In this document: one piece after another, positions 1 to 8,123 of the stretch
Numbering within the stretch: the first letter of the stretch is position 1
Layout of the letters: every line of letters starts with the position of its first letter
Source: Acidimicrobiia bacterium
Lineage (GTDB): Bacteria > Actinomycetota > Acidimicrobiia > Spongiisociales > UBA5794
Reading direction: 5' to 3'
Assembly: GCA_041605955.1 (NCBI GenBank)
Contig: JBFIXI010000002.1
Location: 19,525-83,524, forward strand
Length of the DNA: 64,000 bases
Position numbers and translations under genes: made by a program
Notes under the pieces: model-generated
Told to the model about the DNA's origin: nothing
Seen by the model: only the letters and a program-made list of their open reading frames with translations
Databases searched by the model: none

Positions 1-261
1 CTCAAGGAGGGCGCCAAGACGAGAGCGCCGGGATCCGGCGACGGCGACGGCCGAGACCGAGGACGGCGCGATGGCGGGCGTGACCGCGGCCGGGACGGCG
101 GACGACGCGATCGCAGTCGCTCGAGTCGAGACCGGGGCGACCGGGGCGACCGGGGTGACCGGGGTGACCGGGGTGACCGGGGTGACCGCGGCTCCAAGCC
201 ACGGTCCAAGCCGGGTCGTAGCGTCGTCTCATTCGAGGATGAGTTCGAGAGCGGTCTCTAG
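1..261 (+). CDS. 3' end of a CDS entering from upstream. Arg/Asp/Gly-rich C-terminal tail (...RDRGDRGDRGDRG...SFEDEFESGL*), possibly the tail of an RNA-binding protein or DEAD-box helicase
   Basis: Frame +1 is open from the window edge to a TAG at about 259-261. It is absent from the ORF track because it has no Met. The composition is typical of RG/RD-rich tails. It converges on the ybaK stop. Confidence 0.3.
   Translation, partial: LKEGAKTRAPGSGDGDGRDRGRRDGGRDRGRDGGRRDRSRSSRDRGDRGDRGDRGDRGDRGDRGSKPRSKPGRSVVSFEDEFESGL
130..192. repeat. 9-bp tandem repeat GACCGGGG(C/T), 6 perfect copies plus 1 degenerate
   Basis: Read directly in the sequence. It encodes (GDR)n in frame +1. The HPGHPG ORF on the minus strand is its reverse complement. 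Confidence 0.8.
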
Positions 262-746
262 ATCGCCACGGTGACGAGCCGCGGGTTCAGCAGCGCGGCG
301 GCATCAGCGTATGCCACCTCGATCAGAAACCCGCGCTTGCCGCCGTTGATGACGATCGACTCGTAATCGGCGATGGTCGCCTCGCAGTAGATCGGGAGCG
401 GCTGACGCAGGCCGAAGGGGGATGTGCCGCCCACCTGGTAGCCGGTGGTTTGCTCGGCGATCTTCGGCGAAGCCATCTGCACCGACTTGACGCCGAGCAC
501 CCGAGCCAGCTGCTTGAGGGACACCTCACGGTCGCCGTGCATCAGCAGGCACACGAGGTTGCCCTTCGACGTTTCCAGGATGAGAGTTTTGACGACCCGC
601 GACGGTTCCAAGCCGAGCTGGCCGGCGGCTCCAGCCGCCCCGCCACCGACGTCGTAGTCGTAGCGGTACTCGCCATGGTTGACTCCGGCGGCGCGCAGCA
701 TCCGGATTGCAGGCGTAACGGGGTGCTTTTTGGCCATGGGTGCCAC
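258..746 (-). CDS. ybaK: Cys-tRNA(Pro)/Cys-tRNA(Cys) deacylase, YbaK/EbsC family
   Basis: 162-aa ORF whose length and sequence are typical of standalone YbaK trans-editing proteins (GXXXP motif region, conserved K...SPxxxxxxTG pattern). Confidence 0.65.
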   Translation of the reverse strand: MAPMAKKHPVTPAIRMLRAAGVNHGEYRYDYDVGGGAAGAAGQLGLEPSRVVKTLILETSKGNLVCLLMHGDREVSLKQLARVLGVKSVQMASPKIAEQTTGYQVGGTSPFGLRQPLPIYCEATIADYESIVINGGKRGFLIEVAYADAAALLNPRLVTVAI

Positions 747-1007
747 CGAATTTAGGTCTCACGACCCAGCCCCGCACAGATAAAATCGGAATTGGGAGCA
801 AGCAGTTCGCGGCCGCGTGGTAGCGGCCGGGGTTCGGCTTCGTAGTCGGACTCCGGCTCACGCGGTCGTCTGACCACCCGGCTCGGTTCCATTTGAGCCA
901 TTTCAGATATGGCTACCGAAGTCTGGGTATCAGTTGGATATCGTTGGCTTGGGCAGACCCCGACGGGGTCGACCACGCACCATCGGTCAGGGGGCTTGGT
1001 GTCTGGT

Positions 1008-3983
1008 ATGAGGAGGCGCCGCACCGGCGTCGAGGTAGGCAAACGACTCGCCGCGGCCGTGGCATTGGCCGTGGCGCTGGCGGCGATGCCCGGCGTTGCT
1101 GCCGCGACGGTGCCCTTCCCGATGGTTCCAATCGATGGGTGGGACACCAACGGCAAGGTGTTCGCAGTCAAGGTGATCGGCGACACGGTCTACGTAGGAG
1201 GCAACTTCACGACCGTGCGCGCCCCCGGCAACGCCACGACTCTGCCGCGTAACAACCTCGCCGCCTTCGACATGATCACCGGTGACATCTTGCCCTTCAC
1301 GGCGGACACCAACAACACAGTGCGCGCCCTCGAGTCCGACGGAGCCACGCTTTGGGTGGGCGGCAACTTCTCGTTGATCGGTGGACAATCGAGGTCAGGC
1401 CTGGCGGCCGTAGACGCCGAGACCGGCGCAGTGCTGGCCACCTTCGACGTATCTAACAACGGAGCGGTATATGGGCTCGGTCTCGGCAATGGTCGGCTCT
1501 ACGCCGGGGGCTTCTTCACGGTCATCGAGGGTGTGCCGCAGCAGCGGGTGGCATCGTTGGATCCCGCAACGGGAACACCCGACCCGGTGTTCCAAGCGGC
1601 GGCCAACGAGTCAGCTCGGGATGTCGTTGTGTCCGGCAACGGGCGGCTCTTCGTTGGCGGCGGCTTCACTGAGATCGGCGGCACGCTCGAGCAGTACCTC
1701 GTGGAGCTCGACCCCGCTACTGGGGCGGTCGTGGGCCCCGGCTTCGCCCAGGCGGATGCTCCCATTCTCGACATCGACGTGACGCCCGATGGCTCGATGG
1801 TCTTTGCTGCCGTTGCCGGCTTCCAGAATCGGGCTCAGGGGTGGAGCACGTTCGACGGCTCGCGGCGTTGGTATCACCGCGCCATGGGAGACGTCCAGGC
1901 GGTTGCCTATTACGACGGCATCCTGTACTTCGGTTTTCACGAGGGGTTCGAAGACGACTTATCGGTACGTATGCTGGCCGTGGACGTGCTCACGGGCGAG
2001 CTCGAGGGCTTCCGACCCTCGATCAACAGCTTCTTTGGGGTCTGGGCAATCGATGCCAACGCGAACGGGCTCGCCGCCGGCGGCGAGTTCACTGAAGTGT
2101 CCGGGGTCGCCACCAAAGGGATTGCCGTGTTCCCGGGCAACGGCACGCCACCCGACACGACACCCCCCGATGCGCCGAGCGGGCTCCATGTGCCGTCGTC
2201 GTATGGAGGGACCATCGTCGTGGCGTGGGAGACGCCGTTCGACGACCGCGGGGTGAGCTACTACCGGGTGTTCCGGGACGGGGCGCTGATCGGCGAGACC
2301 CTGGATACGAGCTTCTTCGACACCAGCGTCGCCCCGGACACCGTGTATGCATACCGGGTGCAGGCCTCCGATCTCGCCGGAAACCTTTCCGGTATGAGCG
2401 CCGTGCTCGAGGTGAAGTCTTGGACCAGCCTGGCCGCATCGGGCGACGTGTGGCGCCATGACGACACGCCACAGACGACTTCCGGCTGGCAGACGGTCGG
2501 GTTCGACGACGGCGGCTGGGCAACGGGTAGCTCCCAACTCGGGTTCGGCGAGGGTGACGAGTCCACGGTGCTCCAGCCGGGATCGATGACCTATTACTTC
2601 CGCAGGGGCTTCTTCATCCCGGCCGGGCGTGTGGTCGACGCCGCTCAGCTGGGACTGGTGCGTGACGACGGTGCAGTGATCTACATCAACGGTCAGGAGG
2701 TGCATCGCGACAACATGCCCGCCGGGCCGATCACCGCCACCACCCCGGCGGTGGCCACGGTGGCCGGCGACGACGAGTCCCGTTGGTACGAGACGATCCT
2801 CGCCACCGACGCATTCCAGCAGGGACAGAACGTCATTGCCGTCGAGATTCACCAGCGCTCCCTGGGGAGCTCCGATGTGTCGTTCGATCTGCGTCTCGAC
2901 GTCGACTTGGTCGGGGAGGTGCTCGACACCGAGCCGCCCACGCGGCCCCGCTTGCTCAAGGCAACGGCGAGGACGTCCACCCGAATTCGGGTGAGCTGGC
3001 AGCCGGCCTCGGACAATGTGGGGGTTGCCCGCTACTTCGTCTACCGCGACGGCGTGGAGATCGCGTCGACGACGTCGCTGGCGTATCTGGACAAGAAGCT
3101 GTGGCCGCTCACCGAGTACACCTACAAGGTCTATGCGATGGATGAAGCCGGCAACTTGTCGCCGCGCAGTCGGATTCGGCGAGCAACGACGCTGGCCGAC
3201 GAGATACCTCCCAAGAAGCCGAAGAACGTGACGTTGACGGCAACTCCCACCACGATCTTCGTCAACTGGCAGCCGGCGTTCGACAACGTGGCGGTCAGCC
3301 ACTATCGCGTCAAGAGTGCCGGGAAGCTGTTGGGGACCACGCCGGGTACCTCGTTCGAGATAACGGGGCGGGAGCCCGAAACGCGGTATCACGTTGCGGT
3401 CCAGGCGGTCGACGTCTTCGGCAATCTTGGCGAGAAGGTGCATCGCTGGATTACGACACCCGCGGCAGGCGCGACGTATGTTCCCGTCCCTGCTGGGCAG
3501 GTGTGGCGATACCGCGATGATGGTTCGGATCAGGGAACCACGTGGCGAGCAGCCAGCTTCGACGACTCGGCATGGGATGCCGGATCTGCCGAACTGGGCT
3601 ACGGGGATGGCGATGAGGCGACGGTGGTGGCGAGCGGGCCGGACGGCGATCGTCACATCACCACCTATTTCCGGGACGACTTCGAGATCGTCGACGCCGC
3701 CGCGGTGAACGAGCTGCGGCTGCGGCTGATACGCGATGACGGTGCGGTGGTCTACATAAATGGTGATGAGGTATACCGCAACAACATGCCGGGGGGCCCG
3801 ATCGACTTTACGACCCGGGCCGCTACCAAGATCTTGGGAAGCGCCGAACGGGAGTGGGTCGTGGTCTCGCTGCCCACAGATGCCCTGGTAACCGGCACGA
3901 ATGTGATCGCGGTGGAGATACATCAGATCAGTCGCACCAGCAGCGATATCTCATTCGATGCCGAGCTGACAGTCAATCCCTGA
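1008..3983 (+). CDS. Large secreted multidomain protein: signal peptide, a GGxF-repeat beta-propeller-like region, FN3 domains, and two copies of an unidentified domain of about 170 aa
   Basis: ORF 909..3983. An internal Met at about 1008 is followed by RRRR and then a hydrophobic ALAVALAAMPGVAAA signal peptide. There are repeated '(V/L)(Y/W/F)VGG(N/G/F)F' blades, three FN3-like segments ('VSWQPASDNVGVARYFVYRDG', 'FVNWQPAFDNVAVSHYRV') and a duplicated W...GW...LG(F/Y)G(E/D)GDE...YY/YFR...IRDDGAV(I/V)YINGxEV.R.NMP domain. Confidence 0.6.
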   Translation: MRRRRTGVEVGKRLAAAVALAVALAAMPGVAAATVPFPMVPIDGWDTNGKVFAVKVIGDTVYVGGNFTTVRAPGNATTLPRNNLAAFDMITGDILPFTADTNNTVRALESDGATLWVGGNFSLIGGQSRSGLAAVDAETGAVLATFDVSNNGAVYGLGLGNGRLYAGGFFTVIEGVPQQRVASLDPATGTPDPVFQAAANESARDVVVSGNGRLFVGGGFTEIGGTLEQYLVELDPATGAVVGPGFAQADAPILDIDVTPDGSMVFAAVAGFQNRAQGWSTFDGSRRWYHRAMGDVQAVAYYDGILYFGFHEGFEDDLSVRMLAVDVLTGELEGFRPSINSFFGVWAIDANANGLAAGGEFTEVSGVATKGIAVFPGNGTPPDTTPPDAPSGLHVPSSYGGTIVVAWETPFDDRGVSYYRVFRDGALIGETLDTSFFDTSVAPDTVYAYRVQASDLAGNLSGMSAVLEVKSWTSLAASGDVWRHDDTPQTTSGWQTVGFDDGGWATGSSQLGFGEGDESTVLQPGSMTYYFRRGFFIPAGRVVDAAQLGLVRDDGAVIYINGQEVHRDNMPAGPITATTPAVATVAGDDESRWYETILATDAFQQGQNVIAVEIHQRSLGSSDVSFDLRLDVDLVGEVLDTEPPTRPRLLKATARTSTRIRVSWQPASDNVGVARYFVYRDGVEIASTTSLAYLDKKLWPLTEYTYKVYAMDEAGNLSPRSRIRRATTLADEIPPKKPKNVTLTATPTTIFVNWQPAFDNVAVSHYRVKSAGKLLGTTPGTSFEITGREPETRYHVAVQAVDVFGNLGEKVHRWITTPAAGATYVPVPAGQVWRYRDDGSDQGTTWRAASFDDSAWDAGSAELGYGDGDEATVVASGPDGDRHITTYFRDDFEIVDAAAVNELRLRLIRDDGAVVYINGDEVYRNNMPGGPIDFTTRAATKILGSAEREWVVVSLPTDALVTGTNVIAVEIHQISRTSSDISFDAELTVNP

Positions 3984-3989
3984 GGCTGG

Positions 3990-4018
3990 TTGTCAATCGA
4001 ACATATGTTCGATATGAT
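3990..4018 (+). promoter_or_regulatory. SOS promoter TTGTCA-N17-TATGAT with the LexA box TCGAACATATGTTCGA (about 3997-4012) filling the spacer
   Basis: Perfect palindrome matching the actinobacterial LexA box TCGAAC-N4-GTTCGA. Near-consensus -35 and -10 elements sit at 17-nt spacing, about 15 nt upstream of the imuA' start. Confidence 0.7.
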
Positions 4019-4032
4019 CTACTCCCGCGCAG

Positions 4033-4737
4033 GTGGGATGTCGAGATGCGGAGGTCCTCGTGGTTGCCCAGATGGGGCGGGCAGTCGAACTACTTGCGGC
4101 TCATCCTGCCGTTGCTGTCGACGATGGACTTGCCCCCGCTCGATCCTTCGATCTGCGATTGGAGCGGGGAAGGGTCATCGGCCTGATTGGTCATCCCGGT
4201 TTCGGCCTCACCCGGATCGGGTTGTCACTACTGGCAGCCCACTCCGGCAACAGCCCGATTGTGTACGTCGATGTGCGTGGGTGGTTGTGTCCGCTGGCAG
4301 CATGGGAGTCGGGAGTCGACCCGGAGCAACTGGTAGTAGTGCGTTGTGACGACCCGGTGCGCTGGGGCCGGGCCCTGATGGCTCTGCTCGAAGGGGTCGG
4401 TTGGGTATATGCCGAGGTTCCCAGGGGGGTCAAGGAGGCGCAGCTACGTCGGGTCGCCGGTCTCGTGCGGGCGCGCCGCTCGGCTTTGATCCTACGTCCC
4501 ATTCAAGGCGACCTTCCCGGCGGGGTTGCCTTCCTACGCATCCAAGCAAGCAACGTGGGCTGGGAAGGCACCGACAACGGCCACGGCAAGCTGACGGCGC
4601 GCTCCCTATCGCTGATCGCCTCGGGTAAGGCAACCCGTGGCATGGCCCGCGAAATCGAGCTGGAGGACGATGGGACGGACGCTTTGCGTTTGGTATCCGG
4701 ACTGGCCGCTGCGCCGCCCGGACGTGCCGCTGGATAG
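4033..4737 (+). CDS. imuA: ImuA'-like SOS mutagenesis protein: inactive RecA/SulA-fold with a degenerate Walker A (GHPGFGLT)
   Basis: Sits directly downstream of the LexA box and is followed by the imuB-like gene. RecA-like fold signature with Walker A lacking the Lys. The start may instead be the internal ATG at about 4072. Confidence 0.55.
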   Translation: MGCRDAEVLVVAQMGRAVELLAAHPAVAVDDGLAPARSFDLRLERGRVIGLIGHPGFGLTRIGLSLLAAHSGNSPIVYVDVRGWLCPLAAWESGVDPEQLVVVRCDDPVRWGRALMALLEGVGWVYAEVPRGVKEAQLRRVAGLVRARRSALILRPIQGDLPGGVAFLRIQASNVGWEGTDNGHGKLTARSLSLIASGKATRGMAREIELEDDGTDALRLVSGLAAAPPGRAAG

Positions 4738-6142
4738 CGCAGCTCAGGCAGTGGGCGAGGACAATCGAGTGCTCGCCGTCAACCAACTGGGCTGGGAGGC
4801 GGGGATTCGCCACGGAATGCGCCGCGGAGAAGCCGAAGCCATCTGTCCCAATGTGGTCACGATCGCCAGCGATCCGGGAATCGAGGCGGTTCGCTTCGAG
4901 CCGGTTGCTCGAGCTATCGAAGAGCTCGTTCCCAATATCGAGCTGACCGCTCCCGGTTTGGTGTTTGCCCCGGTGGCCGGAGCGATCAAGTACTACGGAG
5001 GGGAAGAGCCACTGGTGGCACGGATCGCCAAAGAGATCGATTTGGTCACCGGTCCCGGGTTCAAGATCGGCTTGGCGGCCGGACCCTTTGCGGCTCAGCG
5101 GGCGGCTGAGCTTGCCGATCCAATCCGTATCGTCGATGACGACGCTGAGTTTCTCGCCTCGCTCGACATTGCCTCTCTGGGCAGTGAAGAGTTGGCGGCT
5201 ACTTTCCGCTGGTTGGGAATCACCACTCTGGGTGCGCTGGCTGATCTGCCTCGAGAAGCGATCATCACGAGATTCGGATCTCTCGGAGGGGAGGCCCATC
5301 GGTTGGCTAATGGCTTGGACCGGGTTCCCCACGCCAGGCAAATACCTTCCGATCTCGATGTGGAGGAAGTGTTTACGCCCCCACTGGACAATCTGGAACA
5401 GGCCGCCTTCGTCGCTCGTGCCATGGCCAATCGACTCGTCTCCGAGTTGCGCGCTCATGGAGCCGCGCCCCATCGGGTGGTCGTGACTGCGGAGGCTGCC
5501 GATGGAACGCTGCGGGTGCGCACCTGGCGCAATCGGGACCCGTTCGATGAGGGATCGCTTACGGAGCGGGTTCGCTGGCAATTGCGGGCGTGGCTCGACA
5601 GTGCCCGCTTCCAGAGTGGCCCCGGGATTCGCGGTGGATTGGTGAGGCTGCGGATTGCCCCTGCGGATGTCTCTGACCGCGGAAGACAGCTGGTGCTCAG
5701 CGAAGACGCTCATTCCGCGGCCGAAGTCGAGCGGGCTCTGATTCAGACACAAGCAATTGTCGGTATCGAGGGCGTGATGCAGGCTCGTCCCAAGGGCGGG
5801 CGGCTTCCCAGAGATCGGGTTGCCTGGTATCGATGGGGGGATACTCCTCCTGACGTAGCCGACGATGCCCCCTGGCCGGCTCGTATTCCGGACCCGTCGC
5901 CGGCACTGGTTCCTCCGGAGCCTCCCCGGCTCGAGGTGGAGTGGGACGGGGGTATGCCCACCCGGGTCCGGTTGGGCAGCCGGTGGGTCGAGATCCTCTC
6001 ATGGGCGGGCCCTTGGCGCGACATCGGCCGTTGGTGGAAAGGAGAAGGACCCTGTGATCGTTATCAGTTGGTCACGTCTGCAGGGGCATTCCTATGCGAA
6101 GTGCACGAAGGAAGCGCATTCCTGATAGGAGTGTACGACTGA
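4670..6142 (+). CDS. imuB: ImuB, a Y-family DNA polymerase-like (catalytically inactive) mutasome subunit
   Basis: N-terminus 'LCVWYPDWPL' plus a UmuC/DinB-like fold. Cassette context is imuA' upstream and dnaE2 in the window. The ORF track begins at 4637. I prefer the ATG at about 4670, which still overlaps the imuA' 3' end. Confidence 0.6.
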   Translation: MGRTLCVWYPDWPLRRPDVPLDSAAQAVGEDNRVLAVNQLGWEAGIRHGMRRGEAEAICPNVVTIASDPGIEAVRFEPVARAIEELVPNIELTAPGLVFAPVAGAIKYYGGEEPLVARIAKEIDLVTGPGFKIGLAAGPFAAQRAAELADPIRIVDDDAEFLASLDIASLGSEELAATFRWLGITTLGALADLPREAIITRFGSLGGEAHRLANGLDRVPHARQIPSDLDVEEVFTPPLDNLEQAAFVARAMANRLVSELRAHGAAPHRVVVTAEAADGTLRVRTWRNRDPFDEGSLTERVRWQLRAWLDSARFQSGPGIRGGLVRLRIAPADVSDRGRQLVLSEDAHSAAEVERALIQTQAIVGIEGVMQARPKGGRLPRDRVAWYRWGDTPPDVADDAPWPARIPDPSPALVPPEPPRLEVEWDGGMPTRVRLGSRWVEILSWAGPWRDIGRWWKGEGPCDRYQLVTSAGAFLCEVHEGSAFLIGVYD

Positions 6143-6155
6143 GAGGGGCGCGTCC

Positions 6156-6905
6156 TCAGCGCCGCGTACCCATGAGCGCCTCTCGTTGCGCCTGGTACTC
6201 CTTTTCGATCACGCGGTGGGTTCGCGCGCGTAACTCATCTAGGTCTGCCAAAGTCAAGCCCTGGACCGAGATCGGCTCATGAATCACGGCTCGGATCGGT
6301 CCCCCCATGACGATCTTGGTGTGGGGACGCCATGCCTCCCAGGTCCCGGCGATCGTCACCGGAATGATGTCGAGCCCGGTCGTGATCGCGATGCGAAAAG
6401 CCCCCTTCTTGAACGAAGCCATCTCCCCGGTCAAAGACCGGGTTCCTTCCGGAAAGATGATCAAGGACTGGCCGCGAGCTTGGGCTGCCGCTACTCCGGC
6501 GTTGACCTCCGAGTGGATGGCGGCACCTCGCACTCGGTCGACCCGTACGATCCCAATCAGCCCCATGGCTTGCTTGAAGATGGGGATCTTGAACAGCTCG
6601 GCCTTGGCGAGATAGCGGATCGGCATACGAGTGGCCAGGAACATCACCGGGATGTCGAGGTTCGAAAGGTGGTTGCCAATAAACACGAACTGTCCGGTCG
6701 GGTCGATGTTGTCCTGTCCTTCAGTATCCAGGCGGCACCCGGCCAGGGCCAGGAAGAAGCTGCTCCAGCCGTGAATCACTCGCTCGACGATGGGGGCATC
6801 GCGTCGCACCAGGGACAACCCGGCCACGACGGCCGACGCCAGCAACGTCCCAATCACGAAGACGGGGGCCAGCAGAATCGTTCGTAGCCCTCGCAGCACC
6901 TTCAT
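6156..6905 (-). CDS. 1-acyl-sn-glycerol-3-phosphate acyltransferase (LPLAT/PlsC family)
   Basis: HxxxxD-type acyltransferase motif region ('FIGNHLSNLDIPV') and 'FPEGTRS'. The ORF track extends to 7211, but that N-terminal extension runs across the divergent neighbour. I placed the start at the internal Met (MKVLRGL...). Confidence 0.65.
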   Translation of the reverse strand: MKVLRGLRTILLAPVFVIGTLLASAVVAGLSLVRRDAPIVERVIHGWSSFFLALAGCRLDTEGQDNIDPTGQFVFIGNHLSNLDIPVMFLATRMPIRYLAKAELFKIPIFKQAMGLIGIVRVDRVRGAAIHSEVNAGVAAAQARGQSLIIFPEGTRSLTGEMASFKKGAFRIAITTGLDIIPVTIAGTWEAWRPHTKIVMGGPIRAVIHEPISVQGLTLADLDELRARTHRVIEKEYQAQREALMGTRR

Positions 6906-6944
6906 GGGATTAGCGTAGCGGTGGCGAAATTCGGGTCTAACGGC

Positions 6945-8123
6945 ATGGTTGTTCGCAAGCTGAGTGTCGATCGGGCGCGGCGCGCCGCCCTGGCCGCGCA
7001 AGGCTTGGCGCGGCCGGCGCCGCCCGGCCGGGTGGACCGGCGCCATTTTCGGCGTTTGTTCGCCGACATCGGGCTGCTGCAGCTCGACTCGGTCAACGTG
7101 CTGGAGCGGTCCCATTATCTGCCGGTCCTGGCCCGGCTCGGCGAATACCGGAAGCCAGACCTGGATCGATACACGGTCGAGTCGGGTGAGGTTTTCGAGT
7201 ATTGGGGCCATGAGGCATCGCTATTGCCGGTAGAGCTCTACCCGCTGCTGCGCTTCAGAATGAACGGCCTCAAGCCATGGCGCCGGGTGCGGGCGCTGAT
7301 GGAAGACCATCCCGGATACGTTGAGTCGGTCTACGACGAGGTGGTCGCCCGGGGGCCGATGACCGTGGGGGACCTTGCCGACCCCGGACGCCGCTCCGGC
7401 AGCTGGTGGGGTTGGGGCAACGGGAAGATCGCGCTCGAGTGGCTGTTCGCATCCGGCCGCATCACCGCCTACCGCACCGCCAATTTCACACGCGTCTACG
7501 ACCTCCCGGAGCGGGTACTGCCCGCCTCCGTCTTGGAGGCCGAACCCGTCTCCCGTCACGAGGCCTACCGGCGCCTACTCGTGCGATCCGTGCAGCACCA
7601 TGCCGTCGGTACCGCCGCGGACCTGGCCGACTACTACCGGTTGCACGGGCCCAGTGCCCGCCCCATCCTGGCCGAGCTGGCCGACGAGGGCGTGATCGCT
7701 CGGGTCGAGGTGCCGGGGTGGAGGGGTCCGGTTTACGCCGATCCTGACCTGTCTGTGCCGCGCCGGGTGACCGGATCCGCACTGTTGAGCCCATTCGATC
7801 CTGTTGTCTGGGCGCGTGACCGTGCCGAGCGACTATTCGACTTCCGCTACCGCATTGAGATCTACGTGCCGAAGTCGAAAAGAGTCTTCGGCTACTACGT
7901 GCTGCCCTACCTGCTAGATGGTGAGCTGGTGGGTCGCGTCGACTTGAAGGCGGACCGACACGCCGGACTGCTGCGGGTGCAGGCCGCTCACGCAGAGCCG
8001 GGTGTCGATGCGCGCCGAGTCGCCGCCGCGATGTGGAGCGATCTCGCGAGCATGGCTCGCTGGCTGGGTCTCGACGGAATCGCAGTATCTGGCGAAGGCA
8101 ATCTCAAGCTGCCGGGCGGATGA
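6945..8123 (+). CDS. Winged-helix DNA-binding protein of the YcaQ/AlkZ family (DNA interstrand-crosslink glycosylase-like)
   Basis: About 390 aa. N-terminus 'LSVDRARRAALAAQGL', the C-terminal 'YVPKSKRVFGYYVLPYLLDGELVGRVDLKADR' and the overall layout match the HTH_42/YcaQ family. The ORF track start at 6921 is GTG. An ATG at 6945 is likelier. Confidence 0.5.
   Translation: MVVRKLSVDRARRAALAAQGLARPAPPGRVDRRHFRRLFADIGLLQLDSVNVLERSHYLPVLARLGEYRKPDLDRYTVESGEVFEYWGHEASLLPVELYPLLRFRMNGLKPWRRVRALMEDHPGYVESVYDEVVARGPMTVGDLADPGRRSGSWWGWGNGKIALEWLFASGRITAYRTANFTRVYDLPERVLPASVLEAEPVSRHEAYRRLLVRSVQHHAVGTAADLADYYRLHGPSARPILAELADEGVIARVEVPGWRGPVYADPDLSVPRRVTGSALLSPFDPVVWARDRAERLFDFRYRIEIYVPKSKRVFGYYVLPYLLDGELVGRVDLKADRHAGLLRVQAAHAEPGVDARRVAAAMWSDLASMARWLGLDGIAVSGEGNLKLPGG

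Noticed and set aside
2-232. 76-aa minus-strand ORF with an HPGHPGHPG repeat
   Set aside because: It is the reverse complement of the 9-bp tandem repeat. The plus-strand frame continues in from the window edge as a plausible RG/RD tail and converges properly on the ybaK stop
1959-3923. 654-aa ORF on the minus strand
   Set aside because: It is entirely antisense to the large secreted-protein gene, which has strong domain evidence. Long antisense ORFs are expected at 70% GC. The composition is Arg/Gly/Pro-rich and there are no recognisable motifs
6906-7211. N-terminal 100-aa extension of the plsC-like ORF in the ORF track
   Set aside because: It would run antisense through the first 290 nt of the divergent YcaQ-like gene. 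An internal Met followed by a TM helix is the natural start
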